64,000 nt of DNA from Clostridia bacterium (GTDB lineage Bacteria > Bacillota > Clostridia > Oscillospirales > CAG-272), in the NCBI GenBank assembly GCA_017397175.1, contig JAFQKA010000001.1, forward strand, positions 81,439 through 145,438, written 5' to 3'. This document shows, piece by piece, positions 47,912 through 58,331 of this stretch (the stretch's first letter is position 1; the number at the start of each line of letters is the position of its first letter). The notes under the pieces are model-generated. The model saw only the letters and a list, made by a program, of their open reading frames with translations, ran no database searches and was not told where the DNA came from. The translations under genes were made by a program, and so were the position numbers.

Positions 47912-48772
47912 GTGGCGAGATTCTTGAAATCGAAATTTTTTATAATTGCGTTGCTTTTGGCGATAGTTCTTGTGACCGTCCCCTCTGTCCTGGCCTTAAT
48001 GGGACAGGGTTCGGTGGTGCGCAACGTTCTGAACGTGATTGCCACCCCTTTCAGGTTCGTTATCACTAAAACCGAGGAATCCTTTGAAGGATTTGCCATG
48101 TATTTCCGTGAATTTGACGATATGCACGAGGAAAACAAGGTTTTACGGGCAAGGCTCAAGGAACTTGAGGAGCAGGTGGCAAAATCGGAGGCTGTACGCG
48201 AGGAAAACAAGTGGCTCTACGACTATCTCGGTCTGCGCCGTCTGCACCCCGACTACGTTTTTGAGGCGGCGACGGTGGTCGGCCGCGAGTCGGGAAATTA
48301 TATGACGGTCATGACCCTTGACTGCGGTACGGCAAACGGAATAAAGCTGAATATGCCCGCAATAACGAGCGAGGGTATTGTGGGATACGTGTCCGAGGTG
48401 GGACTTACCTGGTGCAAGGTGTCTACCATTATCGAAACCGCGACCTCGGTGGGAGCATACGTTGAGCGCTCGGGTGAGATAGGTGTTGTAAAGGGTGATT
48501 ACTCTCTCAAGAACCAAGGATATTGTCAGATGTCCTATCTTTCCACCGATTCGGATATCAAGGTCGGCGACAGAATAATCTCAAGCGGTATCGGTGTGGT
48601 CTATCCCAGAGGACTTCTTATCGGAACGGTTACCGAGATAGTTCCCGACGCGGCAAGCAGAACGCTCAGCGCTCACATTGAGCCGGCGGTAGATCTGAAG
48701 GACGTTTCAAGGGTTATGATAATAAAGGATTTTGCAGGCTACACGGAAGAGCCTGCGGACACAGCCGAATAA
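47912..48772 (+). CDS. mreC: Rod shape-determining protein MreC
   Basis: TM + coiled coil (EEN..LR), GIVG, GD.IISSG.G.VYPRGL.IG. Confidence 0.93.
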   Translation: MARFLKSKFFIIALLLAIVLVTVPSVLALMGQGSVVRNVLNVIATPFRFVITKTEESFEGFAMYFREFDDMHEENKVLRARLKELEEQVAKSEAVREENKWLYDYLGLRRLHPDYVFEAATVVGRESGNYMTVMTLDCGTANGIKLNMPAITSEGIVGYVSEVGLTWCKVSTIIETATSVGAYVERSGEIGVVKGDYSLKNQGYCQMSYLSTDSDIKVGDRIISSGIGVVYPRGLLIGTVTEIVPDAASRTLSAHIEPAVDLKDVSRVMIIKDFAGYTEEPADTAE

Positions 48773-48791
48773 ATTCAGAGGGAGGAAGCGC

Positions 48792-49334
48792 ATGAACAGC
48801 CAAAGATCGCCTATTACCTGGCAAAAGCTCACAAGAAAAAGCATAGTCTGGTCTCTGTGGCTATTTGCCGCAGCGTTGGTGCAGACAAGTGTGCTCTCGC
48901 GCTATCAGCCCTTTGGGGTGGTGCCGGAGATCGTGTTACCCTGCGTTATTGCCATCGCTATACACGACGGTGAGAGATCCGCCACCATATGCGGGATCAT
49001 AGGCGGACTTATTATTGATTCCCTTGGCTCGGGCGGTTTCAGTGCCTCTGCCGTGGTTTATATGCTTTTGGCGGTGGCGGCGGCCTTTCTTACCTATTCG
49101 GTGCTCAGTCGGGACTTTTTGTCCTGGGCTATTGCAACCGTATTTGCCTTGGCCGTTTGCAACGTCGTATCCTCGATCTATGCGGGGATAAGCGTCGGTG
49201 CTCCCTTTTTTGAGTATCTTGGACGCACGTTTTTCAGATATATTTTTTCGTCCTTCATTTTCTCGTTGCCCTTTTACGTTGTAACGCGGCTTATCTGGCG
49301 CAGATTTTTTAACAACAGGGAAATGGAAGGATAA
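48792..49334 (+). CDS. mreD: Rod shape-determining protein MreD
   Basis: Polytopic, GVVPE, GGLIID; position after mreC. Confidence 0.85.
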   Translation: MNSQRSPITWQKLTRKSIVWSLWLFAAALVQTSVLSRYQPFGVVPEIVLPCVIAIAIHDGERSATICGIIGGLIIDSLGSGGFSASAVVYMLLAVAAAFLTYSVLSRDFLSWAIATVFALAVCNVVSSIYAGISVGAPFFEYLGRTFFRYIFSSFIFSLPFYVVTRLIWRRFFNNREMEG

Positions 49335-49373
49335 TTCTGTAATTTTTGAAATCTTAGAAAGGAGGCCTACCGT

Positions 49374-51458
49374 ATGAGAAGGAAAAGAGACGGCAAAAAG
49401 CAATCCCACCATTTGCTTCGTATAGCGTCTGTGGGTGTGGTTTTTGCGGTGGTTCTTGTCATTTACGTTATCATGCTGATGCAAAGGCAGATAGTTGACC
49501 GAGACAGATATATAAGCGGTATTCTCACGAGCGGAAATACCCGCACGGTGGTGATTCCCGCCCACAGAGGCGAGATATTTGACCGAAACGGAAAGCCTCT
49601 CGTTACAAACGAATATAAGTACAGCGTTGTTTTCGATTACGGCGCTATGCCCTACGATGCCCACGAATCAAACTCCGCAATTCTTGCGGCAAAGCAGCTG
49701 CTGGAGGACGCAGGCTACGTGGGCAATAACGTAAGCACCGACAGCATTTTCCTGGGAAGCTATCCTAATCTCATCTACGACGAGCGCAAAACGGCAGATG
49801 CTTCTTATATGTCCGAGTTTTCAAAGATGCTTGAGGCAAAGAAGATGGACAGCGACATTCGCGCTCCCGAGCTTGCCGAATATTACGTCAAGAGATTTGC
49901 TCTTGATGATCGGCAGGACGGTAAGCTTGTGTATACGGCAGATCAGGTGGATTTCCTTATCGGTGTGCGCTTTGCCATGGATCTGAAAAAATTCAGCACT
50001 GCCGCGCCATACGTTTTTGCTCAGGACGCTGACGTGAATATCCTTACCTACTTTGAGGAATCCAACATTCGCGGAGTGGCTATCAAGACCGACACACAAA
50101 GAAAATATGAATACCCCGGTTATGCTTCCCATATTCTCGGACGGGTCGGAAAGATCCACGCTGAAAACTGGGAATATTACAAGGAGCTGGGCTACGACAT
50201 GGACGCTGTCGTGGGCACTTCGGGCTGTGAGCAGATATTTGAGCAATATTTGCACGGAACAGACGGAAAAATGCTCATTGAGGAGGACGAGAACGGAAAT
50301 ATTCTCTCCCGTAAGGTCATAAAGGAGCCGATTCCCGGAAACGACGTCTGGCTGACCATTGACATTGATATGCAGATAACTGCCGAGGACGCTTTGCGTG
50401 AAAATATCCTCTATATTCGTGACAAGGCAAATCAGACGGCAGGAGCTCTTGACGGCGAGGATGCGTCCGCGGGTGCGATCACGGCTATCGGTGCAAGTAA
50501 TGGCGACGTTTACGTTATGGCTTCAAATCCCACCTACGATCTTGAAAAATTCAACGAAGAATACGCTTCCTTGCGTGACGACGAGCTGAAGCCTCTGCTG
50601 AATCGCTCGACTATGGGTCTCTATCAGCCGGGTTCAACGTTTAAGGTAGGCGTTGCCACGGCTGCACTTGAAGAAAAGGTGATCACGCCAAATACCACCA
50701 TAGTAACAAAGGGTCGATACACCTATTACGATGAAAACGGTCCACGTTGCTGGGTATATCTGAAGAACGGAGGCACTCACGGCGCAATAAACGTTGTGGG
50801 CGCTATTGAGGTGTCCTGCAACTATTTCTTCTACGATGTGGGCAGAAGGTTGACCATCGAGAAGATGAACGAATATTCAAAAAAATTCGGTCTCGGTGTC
50901 AGCACGGGAATCGAGCTTTCCGAGTATGTGGGAATCCTTGCCGGCAAGGAATACAGAGATTCAAAGGGGCTTGAATGGTACCCCGGAGATACATTGCAGG
51001 CGGCTATCGGACAGTCTGATAACCTGTTTACTCCTTTGCAGATAAGCTGTTATATCGCCATGATCTCGAACGGAGGAACACGTTATTCGGCACATCTTTT
51101 GTCAAGTGTGCGCCACTATTATACAAACGAGATAATCTACGAGTATACTCCCGTTGTGCTTGACGAGATAGAAATATCCGACAGCACCTACAGTACCATT
51201 TGCCGTGCCATGAAAAGCGTGACCCAGGAAGGCTCGGCAAAGAGGATCTTCTCCAAATACCCCATAGCTATCGGCGGCAAGACGGGAACTGCGCAGGTCA
51301 GTGAGAAAAAGAGCGATAACGCTATTTTCACGGCGTTTGCCCCCTATGACAGTCCCGAAATTGTCAGCACCTGTATAATAGAGCAGGGAAGTAACGGAAC
51401 CGACGCGGGAATTACCGTTAAGGCCATATTCGACAATTATTTTGGATTTGAGGAATAA
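49374..51458 (+). CDS. mrdA: Class B penicillin-binding protein 2
   Basis: RGEIFDRNG, PGSTFK (SxxK), SCN (SxN), GKTGTAQ (KTG). Confidence 0.93.
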   Translation: MRRKRDGKKQSHHLLRIASVGVVFAVVLVIYVIMLMQRQIVDRDRYISGILTSGNTRTVVIPAHRGEIFDRNGKPLVTNEYKYSVVFDYGAMPYDAHESNSAILAAKQLLEDAGYVGNNVSTDSIFLGSYPNLIYDERKTADASYMSEFSKMLEAKKMDSDIRAPELAEYYVKRFALDDRQDGKLVYTADQVDFLIGVRFAMDLKKFSTAAPYVFAQDADVNILTYFEESNIRGVAIKTDTQRKYEYPGYASHILGRVGKIHAENWEYYKELGYDMDAVVGTSGCEQIFEQYLHGTDGKMLIEEDENGNILSRKVIKEPIPGNDVWLTIDIDMQITAEDALRENILYIRDKANQTAGALDGEDASAGAITAIGASNGDVYVMASNPTYDLEKFNEEYASLRDDELKPLLNRSTMGLYQPGSTFKVGVATAALEEKVITPNTTIVTKGRYTYYDENGPRCWVYLKNGGTHGAINVVGAIEVSCNYFFYDVGRRLTIEKMNEYSKKFGLGVSTGIELSEYVGILAGKEYRDSKGLEWYPGDTLQAAIGQSDNLFTPLQISCYIAMISNGGTRYSAHLLSSVRHYYTNEIIYEYTPVVLDEIEISDSTYSTICRAMKSVTQEGSAKRIFSKYPIAIGGKTGTAQVSEKKSDNAIFTAFAPYDSPEIVSTCIIEQGSNGTDAGITVKAIFDNYFGFEE

Positions 51459-51473
51459 ATTCAAAAAAAAAGC

Positions 51474-51502
51474 TTTACAAATTAAGTTAAAAGATGTAAA
51501 AT
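51474..51502 (+). promoter_or_regulatory. Putative sigma-A promoter for TrpR-like gene 1
   Basis: TTTACA-17 nt-TAAAAT. Confidence 0.55.
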
Positions 51503-51533
51503 ATAATCAAATATTCAATTTGGAGGGACAGGA

Positions 51534-51836
51534 ATGGTATCCGGCGAAAATAAACAACTTGTAGATCAGCTTTGCAAACTTATCGCGAGCATTGATGACC
51601 CGACAGAGGTAAAGGCTTTTCTGGAGGATCTGTGCAGTAGCAGTGAGATCAATCAGATGGCTCAGAGAGTTGAATGTGCGAAGCTTTTACTTGAGGGCAA
51701 CACTTACAACAAGATAATAGCGGAGACCGAAATATCCTCTGCCACACTGAGCAGGATATCCCGTTGCACTCAGCACGGAAGCGGCGGATACAGCCGTACC
51801 CTGGCGCAATTCTTCGGAATTAAAACCTATATATAA
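51534..51836 (+). CDS. YerC/YecD TrpR-like repressor (paralogue 1)
   Basis: FLEDLC...E...MAQR, TY..I..ET.ISSATLSR..RC...G.GGY. Confidence 0.88.
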   Translation: MVSGENKQLVDQLCKLIASIDDPTEVKAFLEDLCSSSEINQMAQRVECAKLLLEGNTYNKIIAETEISSATLSRISRCTQHGSGGYSRTLAQFFGIKTYI

Positions 51837-51872
51837 AAGAAAACCGACGCGATCGCGTCGGTTTTCTTTTAT
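51833..51872. terminator. Bidirectional terminator formed by a perfect 40-bp palindrome
   Basis: ATAAAAGAAAACCGACGCGA|TCGCGTCGGTTTTCTTTTAT, includes both convergent stop codons. Confidence 0.9.
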
Positions 51873-52618
51873 TTTATAAGATATTCGAATTCTTCAAACT
51901 TAAAGCATAGGTTTTCTGCCGTGTGAGCGTCGCTTGAGAGAATGAGTGTTCCCCCTTTTTGCTTGATGTGGTCGCACAAGAGCTTGTGAGGGTACGGCTC
52001 GGTGCGGTGGCCTCTGGAGATCGCACCCGTGTTTATCTCAAAAGGAATATTCAGGGGCAAAAGCGCGTCGATAGCCCCTTTTGCAGCCGCTAAATACCGC
52101 GGATCCGCCATATCGAAAAGACGGTTGCCCTCGTTGAATTTGGCTATGAGGTCAATGTGTCCTACGATGTGGATCTTTTTGTTTGCAAGGGTCGCCACCG
52201 TGCGGTAGTATTCCCGGGCGAAGGCGTAATAGTCGCCACCGAAATATTCACGGCAGATCTGCTCAAAATCCGATGGTGATTCGTCGACAGGCAGATATTT
52301 GTCCCCGCATCTTACGTAGTGAGCCGAGCCGATGACGTAGTCGTAATCCGAGGTATCAAGGTCGGACAGCGCGTCAAACTCGATGCCAAGCAAAACCTCG
52401 ATCTTATCCGAATATTTCTCTTTCAGACGACGCATTTCTGCCTTGTATTCCTCAGTCTTTTCGAGCGATAGGCAATAGCTTGAATCGAAAGCGGTGTAAC
52501 CGTGCTCCGAAATTCCGATGGTGGTCAGACCGCGCTCAATTGCCGCCAAAACCATCTCCTCGGGGGTGTTTTTTCCGTCGCAAAAGCAGGTGTGGCAGTG
52601 GAGATCGCGCCCGATCAT
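51869..52618 (-). CDS. hisK: Histidinol-phosphatase, PHP family (HisJ/HisK type)
   Basis: DLHCHT..CDG, GISEH, IGSAH, GHIDL, FEINT, SSDAH; last gene of his operon. Confidence 0.9.
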   Translation of the reverse strand: MIGRDLHCHTCFCDGKNTPEEMVLAAIERGLTTIGISEHGYTAFDSSYCLSLEKTEEYKAEMRRLKEKYSDKIEVLLGIEFDALSDLDTSDYDYVIGSAHYVRCGDKYLPVDESPSDFEQICREYFGGDYYAFAREYYRTVATLANKKIHIVGHIDLIAKFNEGNRLFDMADPRYLAAAKGAIDALLPLNIPFEINTGAISRGHRTEPYPHKLLCDHIKQKGGTLILSSDAHTAENLCFKFEEFEYLIK

Positions 52619-53265
52619 TTTGTCATTTTCTCCTGCTTTACCTTGTGGTCGATAACGTGGCGGGAAGCCAGCTCGCGGTGGATCTCTTCAAGAGAGATTC
52701 CCGCCTCGGTCATAAGCACGAGGGTGTGGTATGCCAGATCCGCGATCTCGTAGATCGTCTCCTTTTTGTCCTCGGCCTTAGCGGCGATAATTACCTCGGT
52801 ACATTCTTCACCCACCTTTTTGAGGATCTTGTCAAGGCCTTTGTCGAACAGATAGGTAGTATAAGAGCCTTCCTGGCGGTTGATCTTTCTGCCCTCGATG
52901 AGCTTCATGAGACCCTCAAGGGAAAATTCGTGAAGTTCATCACTTTCCCAAACGGGATTTTCAAAGCAGGAGAAGGAGCCTGTGTGGCAGGCGGGGCCGT
53001 CAGGCTCAACAACTACCGTCAGCGCGTCGTAGTCGCAGTCTGCGGTGATCGAAACGATGTGCTGGTAATTTCCGCTTGTCTCGCCCTTGAGCCAAAGCTC
53101 CTGACGGGAACGGCTAAAGAAGCAGGTCAGACCCTTTTCCATTGAAATTTTGAGGCTCTCGCGGTTCATGTAAGCCAGGGTGAGCACCTTTTTTGTAACG
53201 GAATCTACAACGATGGCAGGGATAAGTCCCTTTTCGTCAAATTTAAGCTTTTCGATGTCTAACAT
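52615..53265 (-). CDS. hisIE: Bifunctional PR-AMP cyclohydrolase/PR-ATP pyrophosphatase
   Basis: [40 protein letters not shown]. Confidence 0.97.
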   Translation of the reverse strand: MLDIEKLKFDEKGLIPAIVVDSVTKKVLTLAYMNRESLKISMEKGLTCFFSRSRQELWLKGETSGNYQHIVSITADCDYDALTVVVEPDGPACHTGSFSCFENPVWESDELHEFSLEGLMKLIEGRKINRQEGSYTTYLFDKGLDKILKKVGEECTEVIIAAKAEDKKETIYEIADLAYHTLVLMTEAGISLEEIHRELASRHVIDHKVKQEKMTK

Positions 53266-53277
53266 AATGATCTCCTA

Positions 53278-54039
53278 TCAAATAATTCTTACGGGAATTT
53301 GGTTCTTCTTCAGTTCTTCCTTGAGGTCGCGGATCTTGACTTCGCCAAAGTGGAAGATAGATGCTGCCAACCCTGCGTCTACCTTTGGAAGCGCACGGAA
53401 CAATTTCGTAAAATCGTCGATACAGCCGGCACCGCCCGAGGCGATAACGGGAACACTGACAGCATTACATACGGCGTCGAGCATTTCGAGGTCGAAGCCG
53501 CCCTTGACGCCGTCCGTGTCGATGGAGTTCACGACGATCTCGCCCGCACCCGATTCGGCACCGCGGCGGATCCATTCGATGGCCTCCATACCCGTGTTTT
53601 CGCGTCCTCCCTTGGCAAATACGCGGAAAACACCGTCAACGCGCTTGATATCGCAGGAAAGCACCACGCACTGGTCGCCATACCGCTTTGCGGCTTCGGC
53701 TATAAGAGAGGGATTTTTTATTGCTCCCGAATTGACGCTCACCTTGTCCGCGCCGCATTTGAGCACGCGGTCAAAGTCGGAAAGTGTGTTGATCCCTCCT
53801 CCGACAGTCAGAGGAATGAACACGGATCGCGCAAGCTCGCAGAGAATATCCGTAAACAGCTCACGACCCTCGGCGGATGCTGTAATGTCGTAGAAAACAA
53901 GCTCGTCGGCACCGCAGTCGCTGTAGAACTTTGCCAGCTCCACGGGAGACGCAACGTCGCCCAGTCCTTCAAAATTTACGCCTTTGACAACACGTCCGTT
54001 TTTGACGTCAAGGCAGGGAATTATTCTTTTAGTTATCAT
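53278..54039 (-). CDS. hisF: Imidazole glycerol phosphate synthase subunit HisF
   Basis: KRIIPCLDV..GRVVKG, GADEL, PLTVGGGI, PVIASGG. Confidence 0.98.
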   Translation of the reverse strand: MITKRIIPCLDVKNGRVVKGVNFEGLGDVASPVELAKFYSDCGADELVFYDITASAEGRELFTDILCELARSVFIPLTVGGGINTLSDFDRVLKCGADKVSVNSGAIKNPSLIAEAAKRYGDQCVVLSCDIKRVDGVFRVFAKGGRENTGMEAIEWIRRGAESGAGEIVVNSIDTDGVKGGFDLEMLDAVCNAVSVPVIASGGAGCIDDFTKLFRALPKVDAGLAASIFHFGEVKIRDLKEELKKNQIPVRII

Positions 54040-54749
54040 TTTGCCACCTCGATAGCCTCGGAGAGGTCGATTGCACCAACATAATATGCCTTGCCGATGA
54101 TTGCGCCGTGCATATTCATTTTACGAAGACGTTTTACGTCTTCGACCGTCGAAACGCCGCCGGATGCGATAATGTTCATCTTAAATTTTTCGGACAGAGT
54201 GCCATAAAGGTCGTGGTTTGCGCCCTGCATTGCGCCGTCCTTTGAAATATCGGTGCAGATTATTGTCTGCACACCGATATTTTCCATATCGGCAAAGAAC
54301 TCTTCGGCGGTGATGTCAGCGGTCTCGGTCCACCCCTTGATGGCGACCTTGCCGTCCTTTATGTCAATGCCGACAGCGATTCTCTCACCGTACTTTTCAA
54401 GGGCGGTCAGAAGAAACTCTCTGTCCTTTACCGCCGCCGTTCCGAGAATGACGCGGTCGATTCCTGCCGAAAGGTAGGTATCCACCGTTTCCATGCTTCG
54501 TATTCCGCCGCCGACCTCGGTGAAAAGTCCCGAATCCGCGATTATTTTCTTTATGGTTTCAAGATTGGGGGTAGTGCCGTCCCGAGCGCCTTCAAGGTCT
54601 ACCAGATGAAGGCAGGCAGCACCCCTCAGAGCAAAATCCTTTGCTAAGGACGGGGGATCGTCAGAATAAATAGTCATTTTATTATAGTCTCCGTGGAGCA
54701 GGCGAACCGCCTTGCCGCCATAGAGATCGATCGCGGGAAAAATTAACAT
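54036..54749 (-). CDS. hisA: ProFAR isomerase
   Basis: IFPAIDL..GKAVRL, HLVDL, VGGGIR, TDISKDG, IASGG. Confidence 0.97.
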   Translation of the reverse strand: MLIFPAIDLYGGKAVRLLHGDYNKMTIYSDDPPSLAKDFALRGAACLHLVDLEGARDGTTPNLETIKKIIADSGLFTEVGGGIRSMETVDTYLSAGIDRVILGTAAVKDREFLLTALEKYGERIAVGIDIKDGKVAIKGWTETADITAEEFFADMENIGVQTIICTDISKDGAMQGANHDLYGTLSEKFKMNIIASGGVSTVEDVKRLRKMNMHGAIIGKAYYVGAIDLSEAIEVAK

Positions 54750-54767
54750 TTTGTACCTCTTTAGGAT

Positions 54768-55376
54768 TTACTCGCAGAATGCTTTTAGGATTTTAAGACC
54801 AACCTCACCGCTTTTTTCGGGGTGGAACTGACAGCCCATAACGTTGCCGCGTGCCACGGCGGCGGTCAATTCTGCTCCGTATTCAGCGACGGCGACAGTA
54901 TCCTTGGCGCAATTTGCGCCATAGTAGGAGTGAACGAAATAAACGTGATCACCCTCGTTTATATATTTGAACAGAGGGGACTTGTTTTCGGTGAATTTCA
55001 GCGCGTTCCAGCCGATGTGTGGGATTTTCAGGTCAGCGGGGATAACGTTTGAGATGGTGACGATATCGCCCTCAATCAATCCGAGTCCCTTATGTTCACC
55101 GTACTCAAAGCTTCGCTCAAGCAGAAGCTGCATACCAAGGCAAATACCAAGCAGGGGCTTGCCCGCTTTGGCTTCCTCGATTATGACACGGTCAAGACCC
55201 GTAGCGCGCAGCTTTGCCGCCGCGTCACCAAAGGCTCCGACACCCGGAAGTATTATTTTATCGGCATTTCTGATCACGTCCGCGTCGCCTGTAACCACAG
55301 CATCCGCGCCCACGGCCTTCAGGGAACTGACCAGAGAAAAGAGATTTCCTACGCCGTAATCTACAACTGCTATCAT
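54768..55376 (-). CDS. hisH: IGP synthase glutaminase subunit
   Basis: DYGVGNL, LPGVGAF, GICLGMQ, QFHPEKS. Confidence 0.97.
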   Translation of the reverse strand: MIAVVDYGVGNLFSLVSSLKAVGADAVVTGDADVIRNADKIILPGVGAFGDAAAKLRATGLDRVIIEEAKAGKPLLGICLGMQLLLERSFEYGEHKGLGLIEGDIVTISNVIPADLKIPHIGWNALKFTENKSPLFKYINEGDHVYFVHSYYGANCAKDTVAVAEYGAELTAAVARGNVMGCQFHPEKSGEVGLKILKAFCE

Positions 55377-55963
55377 CAGAGAACACCTTTCGTAGATGGG
55401 ATCTCGCCTGCAAAATCGGAGTCGATTTTTACAGCCGCGCGAAGTGCGCGGGCAACGGCTTTAAAAGCTCCCTCGATTATGTGGTGGGAGTTTCTGCCGG
55501 CGTTCTGAACGATGTGCAGAGTAATGCTCGACGTGCGGACAAACGCCTGCCAGAATTCCTCGCAAAGCTCGGTATCAAAGTCGCCGACCTTCTCGGCGGG
55601 GATTTCAAGACCGTAGGCGAGGTAGCTTCTGCCCGAGATGTCAAGTGCGGCGGTGATGAGTGCTTCGTCCATGGGAAGCATCATAGAGCCGTAACGGCAG
55701 ATGCCCTTTTTGTCGCCGAGAGCTTCGGAAAGTGCCATTCCGAGACAAATGCCGATGTCCTCCACTGTGTGGTGGAAGTCCACGTTGGTGTCACCCGTGC
55801 ATTTTACCGTCAGATCAAATCTGCCGTGACGGGCAAAGAGGGTCAGCATATGGTCGAGAAAGCCGCAGCCTGTGTCGATCTCGCTTTTTCCCGAGCCGTC
55901 GAGGGCAAGGGTCAGATTTATGTCTGTTTCCGCTGTTTTGCGAATAATTTCTGATGTTCTCAT
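55376..55963 (-). CDS. hisB: Imidazoleglycerol-phosphate dehydratase
   Basis: R.T.ET, FLDHML, DFHHTVED, NSHHIIEG.FKA, PSTKG. Confidence 0.97.
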   Translation of the reverse strand: MRTSEIIRKTAETDINLTLALDGSGKSEIDTGCGFLDHMLTLFARHGRFDLTVKCTGDTNVDFHHTVEDIGICLGMALSEALGDKKGICRYGSMMLPMDEALITAALDISGRSYLAYGLEIPAEKVGDFDTELCEEFWQAFVRTSSITLHIVQNAGRNSHHIIEGAFKAVARALRAAVKIDSDFAGEIPSTKGVL

Positions 55964-55977
55964 ATTTTTTCGTTCCT

Positions 55978-57033
55978 TTACGATAGAATATCCTTTATTG
56001 CGCCCAGGAGCGCATCAACCTGATCTCGGGTGCCGACGGTTATGCGGTTGTAGTCCGCAATTTTTTCGGCGGTGAAGTGGCGCACAAGTATTCCGCGTTC
56101 ACGCAGAGCAAAGTAGAGGTCTGCGCCGCCAATTTTGTCGGACTTTGCAAAGACGAAATTTGTCTTTGAATCGGTGACGTCAAAGCCGAGGGAGCGAAGC
56201 TCGCTCGTCAGAAAATCACGGTTTTCGGCGATGATTTTACAGTTTTTGCGAGTTGTTTCCTCGTCCTCAAGCTGACCCACGCCCGCAGCCATGGTCATAG
56301 AGTTTATATTGTAGGGATTGGTTGAATATTTGATCGTCCGAAGGTCTGCGATAAGAGCCTTTGACCCGATGCCAAATCCCAGACGCGCGCCTGCCATCGA
56401 GCGGGATTTTGAGAAGGTCTGGGTCACCAGCAGGTTATCGTATTTCTCAATAAGAGGAATACAGCTCTCACCGCCGAAATCCACGTAAGCCTCGTCGATA
56501 ACTACCACGTTGTTTGGATTGTTTTTCAAAACAAGCTCGATTTCATTCCGTGTCAGAGCTATTCCTGTGGGCGCGTTGGGATTTGCGATAAAGATCGTTC
56601 CTTTGGCATCAAAATAGTCCTCAATATTTACAGTGAAATCATCTTTGAGAGGAATAACTCTTGCGGGCAGGGAATTTATCTCGGCAAATACCGAGTAAAA
56701 GCCGTAGGTGATGTCCGCAAAGACCGCGGGAGTGTCCTTGTCGCAGAACGCCATGAAAGCGAAATTGAGGATCTCGTCCGAGCCGTTGGTGGCAAGGACC
56801 ATATCGGGGGTGACCCCGCATGCCTCGGCAAACTTTGCGTGAAGCGGTGTGCATTCGGGATCGGAGTAAAGCTGAAGCGATTCCGCCGCTCTTGATGCAT
56901 ATTCAACGGCTTTTGCCGACGGCGGAAAGGGGGATTCGTTTGTGTTGAGTTTTATAAATTTACGTTCCTTTGGCTGTTCACCGGGGGTGTAGGGAACCAG
57001 GGATTCGTATTTTCGGCTTAGATATTTGCTCAT
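55978..57033 (-). CDS. hisC: Histidinol-phosphate aminotransferase
   Basis: PYTPGEQP, KLNTNESP, NGSDE, NPNAPTG, DEAY, TFSKS. Confidence 0.96.
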   Translation of the reverse strand: MSKYLSRKYESLVPYTPGEQPKERKFIKLNTNESPFPPSAKAVEYASRAAESLQLYSDPECTPLHAKFAEACGVTPDMVLATNGSDEILNFAFMAFCDKDTPAVFADITYGFYSVFAEINSLPARVIPLKDDFTVNIEDYFDAKGTIFIANPNAPTGIALTRNEIELVLKNNPNNVVVIDEAYVDFGGESCIPLIEKYDNLLVTQTFSKSRSMAGARLGFGIGSKALIADLRTIKYSTNPYNINSMTMAAGVGQLEDEETTRKNCKIIAENRDFLTSELRSLGFDVTDSKTNFVFAKSDKIGGADLYFALRERGILVRHFTAEKIADYNRITVGTRDQVDALLGAIKDILS

Positions 57034-57035
57034 TT

Positions 57036-58310
57036 TCAGTCCTCAAGTCGAATGACTGCGCTCTTTGCGTGAGCGGTGAGCCCTTCCTTTGTAGCAAAGT
57101 ATTCAACGTCGCGCGCGATCTTTGCCAGCGCTTTCTTTGTGTAGTAGGTGTACTGTGTCTTTTTGATGAAATCGTCTACCGACAGGGGGCTTGAGAACTT
57201 TGCCGTGCCGCTTGTGGGCAGGGTGTGGTTGGGACCTGCCATGTAGTCACCCAGAGCCTCGGGGCAGTTTCTGCCCATGAAGATGGATCCTGCGTGGCGG
57301 ATCTTATCAAGATAATCAAAGGGGTTTGAAACGCAAAGTTCAAGGTGCTCGGGAGCGATCTCGTTTGCAATCTCAATTGCTGCGTCAAGCGTGTCGGCCA
57401 CGATGATCTTGCCGCCAACGTCGATAGACTCGCGGGCGATCTCGGCACGCTCAAGCAAGGGGATCTGACGCTCCAGCTCCTCGGATACTGCCTGTGCCAA
57501 CTCCATTGAATCGGTTACCAGCACCGCGCTTGCCAGCTTGTCGTGCTCAGCCTGTGAGAGCAGATCTGCTGCCGCGTGACGGGGATCAGTCTCGCCGTCG
57601 GCAACGATAAGAATTTCGCTGGGGCCCGCGATCATGTCGATGGACACCTGACCGAATACCTGCTTTTTTGCCTCTGCCACGAAGGCGTTGCCGGGGCCAA
57701 CGATCTTGTCAACCTTGGGAACGCTCTCGGTTCCGTACGCCAGAGCCGCTACCGCCTGTGCGCCGCCGACCTTGAATATCTTGTCGATGCCCGCTATCTT
57801 TGCCGCCGCCAAAATTACGGGATTTACCTTTCCGTTTTTCTGGGGAGGCGTTACCATGACCACCTCTTTTACACCTGCAACCTTTGCGGGAATGGAGTCC
57901 ATGAGCACGGTGGAGGGGTAAGCTGCCGTACCGCCGGGAACGTAAAGTCCGGCACGGTCAACGGGAATGATCTTCTGACCGACCACAATGCCGTCCTCGT
58001 CGTTAATTATAAAACTGTTTCTTCTCTGCTTTTCGTGAAATTTTCTGATGTTCACAGCCGCTTTTTCGAGAACCTCAAGGAAGCGAGGCTCAACCGATGC
58101 CACCGCCTCGTCGATCTCTTCCTTTGTGACAGCGATAGAGGAAAGGTCAGTCCCATCGAACTTTGCTGTGTATTCAAGGAGGGCTTTATCTCCGTTTGCC
58201 CTTACGTTTGCGATAATATCCGCAACTATCTCTTCTACGTTAAAGGTGGGTATAACTCTGGCGAAGATGTCCTTGTTTGCCACCTCGCCGTATTTTAAAA
58301 TCTTGATCAT
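57036..58310 (-). CDS. hisD: Histidinol dehydrogenase
   Basis: GLYVPGG, GPGN, IDMIAGPSE, SQAEHD, APEHLE, GPNHTLPT. Confidence 0.98.
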   Translation of the reverse strand: MIKILKYGEVANKDIFARVIPTFNVEEIVADIIANVRANGDKALLEYTAKFDGTDLSSIAVTKEEIDEAVASVEPRFLEVLEKAAVNIRKFHEKQRRNSFIINDEDGIVVGQKIIPVDRAGLYVPGGTAAYPSTVLMDSIPAKVAGVKEVVMVTPPQKNGKVNPVILAAAKIAGIDKIFKVGGAQAVAALAYGTESVPKVDKIVGPGNAFVAEAKKQVFGQVSIDMIAGPSEILIVADGETDPRHAAADLLSQAEHDKLASAVLVTDSMELAQAVSEELERQIPLLERAEIARESIDVGGKIIVADTLDAAIEIANEIAPEHLELCVSNPFDYLDKIRHAGSIFMGRNCPEALGDYMAGPNHTLPTSGTAKFSSPLSVDDFIKKTQYTYYTKKALAKIARDVEYFATKEGLTAHAKSAVIRLED

Positions 58311-58331
58311 TTTATTTGCCTTTCTTTTGGA

